Part shown: positions 38,499 to 50,694 of the stretch, piece by piece
How the letters are laid out: each line of letters starts with the position of its first letter
Position numbering within the stretch: position 1 is the first letter of the stretch
Source: Blasia pusilla
Taxonomy: Eukaryota
DNA length: 64,000 nt
Assembly: GCA_050084515.1 (NCBI GenBank)
Contig: CM114271.1
Coordinates: 14,880,001-14,944,000 of the forward strand
Direction: 5' to 3'
Translations under genes and position numbers: made by a program
Notes under the pieces: model-generated
Database searches by the model: none
Told to the model about the DNA's origin: nothing
Seen by the model: the letters and a program-made list of their open reading frames with translations, nothing else

Positions 38499-41400
38499 CT
38501 AGTGGGCAATTTGTGCCATGCACGAGAGTGAAAGGACTAATCGCGTTGTATACATAACTCTTTTTCTTGCTGCCCATTGAGGGGGAAACATTTTCTTGCT
38601 GCCCGATTCTCACATGTCAAACAAAGAGGTGTTTGCAAGTCACAAAATTATTCTCTAATAATAATATATATAACATTATTATATGTGGTAGAGCATGGGA
38701 AGTGTTAAAGTGTAAGAAGATGTAGAATATCGTGTGAACGTTGCTCTTTTTGTCTTTGAAACTAACTATTGTTCTCGGTGTAAAAGAGAACAATACCCAA
38801 AGAGGCACATGTGTAAGAGGGGATGATAAAAAAATATGGGTTTGAAAATTTTTAAAAGTTTGATTTCCACCAAATATTTATTTATATACTATATTTCGGG
38901 TGTAGTCACCTTCCTTATTTCAATATTCATCACTTCCAATCGTAATGTGGATGGAACTCCTCTTCCCTACTCTAGATAACGCTACGTATAATTGACCATG
39001 AGAGAAAATGGGAGTATGCAAGTAAATTCCTAAATTTTATAGAGTTTGACGTTGAGACTTATTAATGGTCATTGCAAAAGCTGGACGAATAAGGAATTGA
39101 AACCTACGTAGATCAAATGGAAAATCGGAGTCGGATGCAATCAATAGGATACGTAGAATAAAAACTCGATCTCCAATACTCTTTTCGATGATGATTTCAA
39201 CATCCATACAATGTTGCATGAATCCACAAATCATCAATCTCGTCATGTTTGCTCGTCCTTGTGACCCACTCATGCTTCGTATGAGCATGATTGGTGCACT
39301 AATCTTCAAACACAACAAATGTGGAGATAGCCCGAAAGGCAATCTCATGGTGAAAATTTCAGTTGGATATATATGGCTCATTTCCTCACTTGGAATAGAG
39401 TCGACATTGAGGTAGATATGTTCATATACCAATTTATAACGAATTAGTGAGAATAAGTAAGGTTTTATTGGTATCCAAAATTATCTAAAAGAAATATTTT
39501 CTTAAAGAAATATGAAAAATAGTATAACATGTACAAGAAATTGTGACATGACATATGCATTTATGTCACCAACATCTCTATTCATCTATGTCAAAATAGT
39601 TGTATCTCTTGAGAAGTTAATTTCATGGAATCAGTTGGGAGAAATTCCATAGATAATATCAATAAGATTGCATATTTTATTACTCTTAGTAAACAAATGA
39701 GACGGCAATCATATAATTTCTTCTCCCAAATGAGGTTGCAAATGTATGCGACCCTCTCCCTCCTCTAATAACCAATCAAAAAAATTGTTGTTTGGCGCGT
39801 TGATGACCTTCCAATCTTTGATCTTGCATGTTTGTTATTAATTTCATCACCTTTACATAAGACCATAAAGATGATCTCTTTATAATGGCTTGGATGATTT
39901 GTGGAAAATCCTCATGATGAACGACAAACAAGACTTGACGAAAGTCACCACCGAATATTATGAGTTTGCCTCCGGATGGCATTTGTTGTAGACCATCAAA
40001 GACCACTCCCATGATATCTTATAAAGTGTAGTTCACTACCTAAAATGCATGATAATGAGCCGTAAGTGCTTTGTCCCATATAATGAGCATCACATCACAT
40101 ATTAAGCGTGTTGCATCAATGTTAATTGATAAACTACAAATGACACATGAAAGTAGGTTAAAATTTGCAAGTAGAGCTCTCATAAAGATTGATGGGGATG
40201 TTAAAGTGTGAATGTGCTTCGTCCTCCGTCTAACAATAGAGCAACTATTCTGGAGGATGCTCCGGCCAAAGCTATCACCCCTTGCACTCGTAAGGAGAAG
40301 ATTGTATAAGAATGTCTTTCCTATTCCACCTGCCCCATCAATGAAAAATACATTTGGATATGGTGAGCATTCAAGCACATTTGATCAAGTTCATCATGAA
40401 TAGCATTCCAAATAACACGTTGTCCATCAGTCAAACACGCTTCTCCCAATTGTACTTATTCGTACAACTCTTCACTATCATGTAACAACTCTTGTTTCTC
40501 TAAATATGAATATGAATGAAGGCTTTGTAAATTAGCTTGAGGTATGTCTAGAAAATGAGACAATCTCTTTCCTGGATCTTGAAAATAATAACCCACTTCC
40601 AATAACAAAGTATTAATGATAGCATCATCATGGAAAAATTATGATTTATTTATTTATTTTGGCTATGGAAAGGTCTCAACATATGTAGAAATTATGATTT
40701 ATTTGTTTAATGCTTAATAGAAGATAGTATAACAAAGGAATGAATCGTATAAGGAGTGGTTGAAACGAGGGTTTATCTAACATCATTCATAAAAGAGATC
40801 TTCTATTAGTTGAACCAACAACCGAATCCGTGGTATAGCAAGTTGAATAGAAGTGTTGTAAGTTAAAATGATTGCGAATAAATGATGTAATGAAGAACCT
40901 GTATGGATCGTATAAGCTTCTTTAAAGCAACAAAACACTTCCCTATCAAGTTCAAGAAGTCCCAATTTGATGGGAGCCTCCTTAAATGTAGGACGTAATA
41001 TTCCATTTACAATTCTCAAATATTCGTATGTAGTTGCTCCTCAACCATATATGGTGAAGGAGTAATCTCAACCACTTCTGTTCTTCTTCATCTTTGAAGA
41101 AAATAATTGAAATAAATGATCCCACCTTATTCCATAATATATTCCTCATTTTAAAATATGATACGTACAAATTGAACCCAATAAAAGCAAAAGGTATAAA
41201 ATTATGCTTAAAATATTTACTTGGATAAGTAAGATATAAGCGACCAATATGACGACCACAACCATTTCTTATTACTCCAACGATAATACGAAGAGAAATT
41301 GATATATACCATATTTCTTAACAGCAAAGTCGGATAAATTCTTTGCAAATCAATGACTTAGAGTTATCTTTCTATTTTGTTGCTAAACATCCTCAAAAGC

Positions 41401-44400
41401 AACGACATCATTGAAATGAACTAGTTATTTCTTTAGAGGTTGAATTGTTAATCGCATAATACATGGATATTCTATATGTAGACTAAACTTGAAGCGTCAT
41501 CAACATGCCTCTCAAGAAGAGATATATCTTGGATAAGAATTCCAAATATTGAAGTAAGATGTATGATATCTAAAAATGGAATGTAATATAAGAGATAAAT
41601 TATTAGAAGAAATATACCTCACATCAAGATATGATGTTGTCTCATCAATAACATCAGTTGCGGTTGATGTATCCGTATCTTTTATAACTTAAATGACACC
41701 GCATCATATCCCTTATGTATATGTTAATATAAGGACTTGGCTGCAAAAACACTACTTGTGATCTCCAAATTAATATGACAATGAAACAAGGTGCACAATA
41801 TATGATTGTAAGGCACCACCCAACGATCATCCAATGAATGTTCGCGCTTAATTATCACTCTCTCAATCTCGGATCTACAAAAACATAGTAAGAATTCATG
41901 AATGCATCATCTCATATGCTATGTAATAAGTGAAGAGCTCAAAGACAGGAAGATCCTTGCGATAGATGGGATAACCATCTTACGTCTCTGTAGTGTTGAC
42001 TGCAAAAGCTTTAGGATAGCCTTATGTATATTTTGTACTTTCCTTATCCATACGGGGAGCATTAGGATTTAATAGTCCACGTGGCCCGTTAAACATGAAA
42101 TTAGAGACAATAGAATAAAGCCTTGGATAGGTAGAATGATTAGGGATTAATGTTGAAATAATATGATTGTAATCATAAATGTTACGTGGTTTATCCTCGT
42201 GACCTAAAAAATAAGTACATGCACATGTGAAAGGTCCCTCTCTTGGAATCATACCAAATGGATACATCTTATAACTCGACCCAGTATTTTCTTGTTGATA
42301 AAAGTCTTGAAAACTCAATCTTTTTCCTCTAAAAATCCTGCACTACCAAATTTGGTCGGTCTGCAACAAATTGACTAGGTAATAAGGCGGATATAATCTC
42401 CTCCCACTTAGAATCGCATGTTAAGGTTAAAAAGAAATCAAGCTTCCCCAAATATTTCACAATTGCCATTGCATCCTGATATAATTTATGCATATGATGT
42501 GGATCCCCAATAAAAGAAGAAGGCAATCCAATATGTCTCCCAAACCTTAGGAAATCACCATCATGTCAATGCATGGTATCCTTCACACCTTGATATTATT
42601 CAGCACTCAACTCCTTCTGATTTAAGCGCAGCCGTGATAATTGTGGCATCTCTATAGTAGCATAGAGGTCAACCATATATTATTGAATAAGTCGACCAAA
42701 TCGCAACAATAGCTTGTCATCCTTGCCTCCAATCCGCGTTTAAAGTCGAAAACATGCAAGTTGCAAGGTAGTAACATTCTTCATTCTCCTCTCCTCTGTA
42801 ATATCACCGTCAACTCTATCCTCGTCCCTACAATCAACTGAAGCTCCAGTATCTCCCTCCTCCCCATGAGTGACACTTTGTGGATGTTATGTGGCCTTGG
42901 AATTTTGCGAATGATATTCCGGGATGCGAACTTGCTTCACCATGGACAAATAACAAAACAAAGTGCAATGGCATGTATGCTTCATTGAGGTCGGATACAC
43001 GTCTTACTCCTCCTCCACGTAATCATATTATTATATCATAATGTTCAACGTGCTCACTTCCATCACTTGGTAAAATACTAGCAATCCGAGAAGCAGATGG
43101 TAAGTTATGACGCTTTGCATTGAGACCTCTCTTACTTGCCTTTAGGATGATCCGCATATTAATATCATTTTCTTCATATACTATATGCGGAAAGATCTTC
43201 ATATATGGATTGCATTTGTATAGCATCTCTTGTAGTCCTTTAAAGATATTTGTATTAAGATCATAAGATCTATACATAACTCTTCTACGATTCTCCAATT
43301 CATTCGTCGTATCATGTCATGAATGTAGAGTTGAGCAATTTGGGGATGAGTTGTTATATTAGGATATAAAGCTAGGATCCAATAGAATGATAGATCCCAC
43401 CTTGGGCCCTATAGTGTCCAACGCCACAAACTTCTTCATTTACATGCACTCAAGTAGATGCTAGTTGAATTGCAGAGTTGTAAGCCCGAGCATGAGTAGA
43501 ACATGAAAACTTCTAGGATCCACACCCGAAATCAATGATTTCAATAATGAAGGAGAAGATTGCAAGAGGGGAAAAATTATTATCCCATGATCACAACATA
43601 CACCAAATGGTGAGTCATAAAACTTTGTACCTCTCACCATTTCACATTTTTAAGGCAAAGCACGGCATGAAGGGCGCGCATATATATCTCATACAACCCA
43701 ATGTATGATGACCACTAGTACGATTCAAACTCCTTTGAAATTGCAACTTCCTAAGATCACTTTCTTAGAAGTTTGGTCTTCTTGCAATATTTAGTAATGT
43801 ATTTTCTTTAACAACCCTATGAACAATACGGAAAGGACGAATTGTAGAAGCCTTTGGTAGAGTAGCAATTTTGTGCTCATAAAAAAACTTCATTAACTAT
43901 ACATGCCACCCTATTCATTCATTATGTTACATTATCTTCAACATTGGGAAGTATCGAAGAATTATCGATCACTTAAAGTAAAGATGGAAGTGATTAATCA
44001 AAATTTTGAGAAATGATTGGTAACTCAAGTCTTGGTATTACCAAAGTAGTTGGCCCAGTTGCAAATGCATTCTCAATAACTTCATGGACTGCATTGTTGG
44101 GTAACTCGATTCTTAACAATATATAAGTGGCCACATGAATTGTATCATCATTTTAAATCAATTAATCTTCTCTGTCTACAAGATGATTTTCTTCACTTGC
44201 TTGTGCCATAACTCCATCCTCATTGGAAGGCCTAGGAAAATAGAGTAACTCTAATAAGATGACATAAAGAATAAAGTAAGGAATAGACAAAATACAAACA
44301 CAAATGCTTAAGGGTTAGGAAATAAGATATAGAAACACAAAGCAAAAACAATGCGTTATGATTATGACCTTATGAATGGACTTCCAACAGTCATGATCTC

Positions 44401-44500
44401 CATATTTGGAATAATCTCAACTACCAAAGTAGGCTCAACTTGAAGTTGAAGTCCTATCTTTCTTTTATTGTACTCATGACGAAAGACTTCTTTTTCTCTT
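38499..44500 (-). mobile_element. Decayed Helitron (Rep/HUH + PIF1 helicase pseudogene)
   Basis: PSSFIGDPHHMHKLYQDAMAIVKYLGKLDFFLTLTC, FIDGAGGIGKTFLY, GGDFRQVL, FAMTINKSQ, FSHGQLYVALSR. 3' hairpin GTGCATGGCAC then CTAG|T at 38502-38499. 5' end not located. Confidence 0.9.
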
Positions 44501-47500
44501 TGAGAGTTTCTACTTTATCAACATGAAGTGCTCGATTTCATTGTTGGACTTCCCCACATAGAACCTTTTGAATATCACGTATATGTACAAGATTTGATGG
44601 AACCAAAAGTATGGAACAACATGAGATTTTTTGGAAGCAGAGAAAAACTAAATTAATGAATAGGAGTATGAAGTGTGGAGAATTCAATATGTTCAATGAT
44701 CATGAATGGAGTGGACTTATGTTGGAGATGTTTCGGTGATCACTCCATCTCTTAAGTTGCTCTATTACCCTAAAATTCCCTTACAATGGGCATGCCTTTT
44801 TTGTTGTGCCTTTGCACGATCAGTTTTCCAAAGTAACGCAAATCCGTACCATTTGATGGAAAAGGAAGTCTACAAAGGAATTGTGCAGGGATTCAACATT
44901 AAAACGCGTGAAAAAAAATCATAGAAGTTGTTGTCATGTAGTTGAACACTACATTCTTATCAAAGAAATCCAAAGTTCAAAGACATGGCATAAATGAACT
45001 GGGCCTACATCGGAGAAGTGAGCTTCGATAGATTTTCTTAAAATAATTAACAAATTATACGAAAGAAAGGAAGTGAAAATTAGAAAAAAAAAACATAACA
45101 ACTTCAAAAAAATTTCTTCAATCAAAAAATTTTATGAAAGATTTTTTTAATTATTAAAAATAAAAATAAAACTATAGAATGTAATAGGTTAGGGTGACTC
45201 GGATGTCATGTCTTTTAGGATAGATCGGTGAGATCTACTAGAGCGCCTTCACGAGTAATGGAGGACAGGCTTAGGAGGTCTAGGATGATCTGTTGAGGCC
45301 CCGAGAAACCTGAGAGAGTAGGTTTCCCCTTCGTTTCGGCTCATTTGGAGCCATATTGAGGAATTAACTAGTTTAGGTAAGTACCATTTTGAGTATATGG
45401 TTAATTTTCTATTTTGGGAAGTGTCCCTTGACCTCCTACATCAAGTCAAGATCCAAGGAAGTGACTTGGAAGCATAGGTTACCATGGAGAGAGTTTGGGA
45501 GAGGGGAAGGGTATACCTCAACGAGAAAGAGCTTGAGAGCTCATTCTCTCTTTGTTGAACCTCTTGACACGAGGCGGTGGAGCTATGGTCCCTTGCCTTG
45601 AGAGTGTAACCCAAACCTCTCATTAGGAGAGTGGGTTTGGTTTGACATTGAGAGAGACATGTAAGAGTGCACACATGTGAGAGTTATAATATTGTGAGAG
45701 AGGTTTCACCTTATTTTACAAAGAGAGAATTGAGAGGATGAGAGAGCTTAATGGGGGAGCTCGCTAGTTGCTCAATGTTTGGTGCAGATTTAGGACCGTG
45801 CTCCCTGCTTCATGGCTCATGGGAGTGCTCACAAGAGCAAGAGCCACCTTGTTTTGACGTTTGTGTATCAATTTTTTATGTGAGAGAGTGGTGTGCGGAA
45901 GCGCTGCCCAATTTTTATAGGGATTGAGTATGGGGGCAGGTTGCCCCATGACGGTGCTCTTGGGCGCACCATGTAGCTTGATGATTTGTATTTTCATAGG
46001 TTTTACATTTTCGTTGGGAGAGATCTGCGTAGAAGCACTACCAAAATTTATGTAGGAGAAGAGACGTTGGGATTTACAACAGTCCCTCTCAGTTTTTATT
46101 GGAAGGTTCAATTCAAAATATTTTTTGACGGCATTGTAGATCGTCAAGTTGTGCACGCTGTGCAACAAACGGTGCGCAAGTTGGAATGCGAGCAGAAAGC
46201 TATGGCCAATTTTGCAAAATTGCCATTGTTAGGCAATTTTTAGGGTAAAATTGTTCAAACCCTAAACCAGCCGCCGCCGCCTTCAACGGTCCGCTGTTGA
46301 TGGTCCACGGTCAGCATTGACGACCCACCATCAACGGTCCATCGTCATCATCAACTGTCCACCGTCACCATCAACGGTCTATCGTCGCCGTCCGCCGCCG
46401 ACCTTCGACCTTCAACCACCGCTGCCGCCTACAGCCGCTCAGAGCAGCGTTCGGCCGTTATCGCCGTTGGTTGCCATTGCCACCATAACAAAATGGACGG
46501 TCTTCCACGACAACCATTGATTCTTTGACTTGCGCTGCCACAATGTACTTTGTTGTGGCCGCCACTGTCATCACAATTTCTTCATTAACAAGTGGTGGCA
46601 GGTGACCACGGGTTATGGTGTTTGAGTTTTCATTTCATTTTGCTATGTTGTGATTGGTAGCCGCTTAACGACGATTGAGTATCATGTCGTGATGCCCATA
46701 TCCGCAACGCGCCGTGTCGCTCGTGGCCGCACCGTCTCAATCGCAGAGCCACTCCTTCACTTAAGAGCAGAGCTTGTCTATTGCTGATTGAGGAGGGTAT
46801 GCTGCAGAGTGCCGCATCCCATTATCGAGTACCGTGCCGTTCTATAGCCATTCCGTGTTGTCGGTGTCGCACCGTATCATTGGATCTGCACCGCATATAG
46901 TGAAGATTTGATCAGCGTCAGTACAAGACAAGTACGACTTGGTGACTTGAGGAGTTATCTTCATGACCAAGTTGGGGTCGAGATTTGCAGTTGCCGAGGA
47001 ACGACATCAAAATTATTGTCAGGTTATCCATTATGGTCTCTTACCCTGCACGTGTGAGGGATTTTTGGGTATTGGGAATTTATTTGGGATATTGGGTTTC
47101 GTGTTGATGTTGAGAGCATCGATGATGTATGGGTTTAGGGGACATAGATCTGTGTGGGATATCAAGAGTTGAGGATGGTTTGTCGATGAGACGATAGATC
47201 AGTTGATTTTCCAGACCACGCCGCTTGTTGCCGCACAACACACGTCTGAGTGAGAGAGTGTAGATTGAGTGTCGTATGTTTAGTTTGAGTGATTGAGGGA
47301 TTAATCACGAGATTGAGAGTGATCGTGTGAGAGGGGCATGAGGATCATCACGCCGTCTTTTCGGGATTTTGAGAGGCGAAGAAGTGGACCTGAGAGTAGC
47401 TCTGGAGGGTTTACCCGGTGTGGTGGGAGGTTTCGAGGGTCTCCACGTGAGAGACCACCTTGATCTTCTTATGTGTCATCTTCAAACGAGGGGGAGAGTG

Positions 47501-50169
47501 TAGAGGAGTGTGTTAGTGATCCACCGTACATATTGAGTGGGCCTACCAGTTGGGCATACGAGATGGACGGTCGGGGTAGAGGACCGCGGAGGTTTTTCCG
47601 GTGTAGGCACTATAGAGCTACAAGAATTCATTGCGGAGTTTAGGAGTTGGTGTGACTCACAGTGGGCTAGGAACTCTAGAGAGTTCAACCTATCTACAAC
47701 ATGGAACGATATGTTCGAGCATTTAGAGAGGGCGCCCATGGACGATTACCATAAGTTCTCTCACAAATATGCCCAGGAGATTGATGCAAGGCGACTCTAC
47801 TATGACCCACACTATGTGTCATGGACAGATCCATTCTCAGTGAGGAGGAGGAAACAAGAGAGGCTACTTCCTCTTCCACTAGTGATCTTTTAGGAGGGAT
47901 CACTCGCACTCGAGCAGTTGCACCGTCTAGTCGAGTTCGTCCCAGGTTCAACCCCATGGTTGAGTTCTTCGCTGAGTTGAGGGCGAGCTACCAGGGGGTA
48001 CGGAAGGAGAAGTTGCGGAGCATCCACGACTTCCAGAGGCGTCCGGGTGAGAGTTTGCGTGAGGCTTACAATTTCTTGCACCGGTTGATCAACCTCACTC
48101 AGGGGATGACAGAGGCTCAGGCTATCCAGTCATGGTACGCGATGCTGGACCGGACGCTGCGGACATAGGTGCGAGAGGGGATACTTCTTATGAACACCTC
48201 CCCTATGTTGAGGGATGCGTTTAGGACCGCAAAGAACATTGAGCGGATTATGGCGGAAGAGAGCGTAGCCACCATGGGTTCTGGGCGAGATCAGTCACGA
48301 TTACCTGCACCACCAGTGCAACAACGTGGAATCTGAGAGAGATCGATTGTGGCACCACGAGATGAGGGAGGATACTGGAAGGCCGTGCCATAGAGACCTG
48401 TACCTTCAAATCGGGCTTGGAAATAGCCACCTACCATTACTTGTTGTTCATATGGTGGAGCCCGTCATCAGCGTGATTGCACTTGTCAAGGTCATGGACG
48501 TGTGCCTCAGCATGGAGGAGGAGATGGTGTTGCATTAGGAGGTAATCAGTGTGACTATTGTCACAACTATGGTCACACATGCACCAGGTGTTTTATTTTA
48601 CACCTTGAGTTACGTCTGGACCAAGGGCTTGAGAGGGCACCGCAGCGAGTAGCCGGTCCGGGTGGGCCTAGAGGTCGTGCCTAGGTGGTCCCGTTGGGGG
48701 ACATGGATCTGGAGTTTCCCGATAGGATGGTGGAGTTGCCCGTGGAGGAGGTAGAGTCCCACCACCTAGACGCGTTGAGGGAGACACCGGGCGTGAGGTA
48801 GGGATGGCTGCTCAGATACAACAACTACAGGAGCAGATTGCCACTATGGCATTGAGGTTACCCGATGCCGGATCCGTGGCATCGACGTCATATGGAATAG
48901 CCATATGGCGTCGATGCCATGGAGGGAGGATCCTGGCATATCCTGGTTGGATGTGCGGGGTTGCCCAAACGGAGGATGCCGCAATTGTGACGCATGGAGC
49001 AGCCGTAGAGTTAGATCCACAACGGGGGGAAGCCAAGAAACAGACGAGGCTTCCTTAGTCTTTCACATTGTGCGAGGCGATGAGGACCCCATCGATGGGT
49101 CATGATCAGATTTTTCAAGATTTGGTGATGTTATTGGTATGCAGGCACGGAAGGCGATGGGAGAAACGAGTACGACAACTCCTGTTACCGATGCTCAAGA
49201 GGAGCATGTGTTGAGTACAATTTGGGGGCGATCACGATGGTGTGTCGTGCTCCGCTATTTTATGCTTCCGATTTTATGACATTGGGAGGTATGCCTACTA
49301 AGGTGTTGTGGCTGGCGGCTACGCTATGTGAGCTTGGAGTTGGAGTTCGTGCATCACGTCGAGGTGATTTCAAAGGAGGTGATGGACCTGCCCTTGGAGT
49401 ATATGCTCGGTTGTCCACGTCAGATTCATGGTAGGTTGCGGCTGCAGGGATGGCGGAGATGCCCGCTAGACCCGCGATAGAGTGTGCCATGGCTTCTCTT
49501 GGTGTTGTGTTGCTCGATAACTAGAGAAAGGTCTTCATGTTGGTGAGTCCCAGAGGTAGAGCTTTTGGTCCGGAGCGCGTCTTGTTAGATTCAGGAGCGC
49601 AACCCTTGATATTGGGGAAAGCGTCATTCAAAGGATTGGGCTTGACAAGAGCCGAACCAAGGCGATAGTGACTTATGTAGAGTCCTACGACGTCTTCGTT
49701 GGTGGAGCAATGTTATATCCAATGGGGTTTACCGTGGATTATTGGGAGGAGTCAGCATCCTACAAACGAGGATGGCAATAAGGTGATGGGCGCCTTAGCT
49801 CATTATCCGTTCGATTCACAGGTGCAATGATCGAGCGACGGCCAAGAGAGATGGCAACCTTAGCAGCATTTAGAAGTGCCATCACTAAGCCTAGTGATTT
49901 GATTGAGGGACATATCCATGTAGAGGATACGCCCTTTCATGAAATTTCTATGGAGAGGAGTGTCATGGTCGCCGCATTAGTCCATGGAGGAGAGGTGTCG
50001 CTTTGGGGCTTGACTGAGAAGCTTCGACGCTTAGCCATTCAGCATGTGCAGACCGTGTGGAGCGAGATGTTTGCACTAGAGCGTGATAGGTCTGAGGAAC
50101 CCAAGGTAGTCGAGAGTGCTATGATGACGCCCTTGGATACCACACCCATTGTGTGGCGCATCTCAGAGG

Positions 50170-50694
50170 AGGGTATTCGGGTGTTGGATCTCTTTGGAGG
50201 GATCAACACTGGGTTAGACGTTGTTTTGCAGGCAGGAGTACACGTGCGGTAGTACATGTATGTGGAGATTGATGATGTTTCGAGGCGTGCTTCACGTCAT
50301 CATGTGGTGTAGTTACGCCTCCGCTTTTTGACTTATTGTCTACGTCCGCCATCCAAGGTTATCAGAGTTGCCTACCAAGGGATATTTCATTGGTGGGGCA
50401 CAGGACTTAGAGTGGGTAGGAACCATAGACTTGGTCATTGCTGGTTGGCCGTGTTAGGTCCAATTGAGTGTTGGACGAGCTAGCAAGTTAGCGGATACTT
50501 GGTCAAGGTTTTTTTGGGAGATGATGCGGATCTTGCAATATTTATAGGAGCATCGGCCTCGTTCTCCAACATACATTCAAGAGAATGTGCCAATTTTGGG
50601 CGATTTGGGGTCCCGTGTGGTGATGAGTGCACATAAGGTGCGCGCATGGATCGGCCCGGAAGTGTTGTTAGATGCGGCGAGTGTAGGTTCTAGA
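50170..50694 (+). pseudogene. DNMT3-like domain of B2, N-terminal part (motifs I-VIII)
   Basis: IRVLDLFGGINTG, YMYVEID, IDLVIAGWPC*G, YIQENVP, LDAASVGSR. In frame with the post-protease linker (ORF 49827-50252). Confidence 0.9.

Noticed and set aside
44790-44825. Second Helitron-like hairpin (GTGCCTTTGCAC)
   Set aside because: No CTRR terminus at the expected distance.
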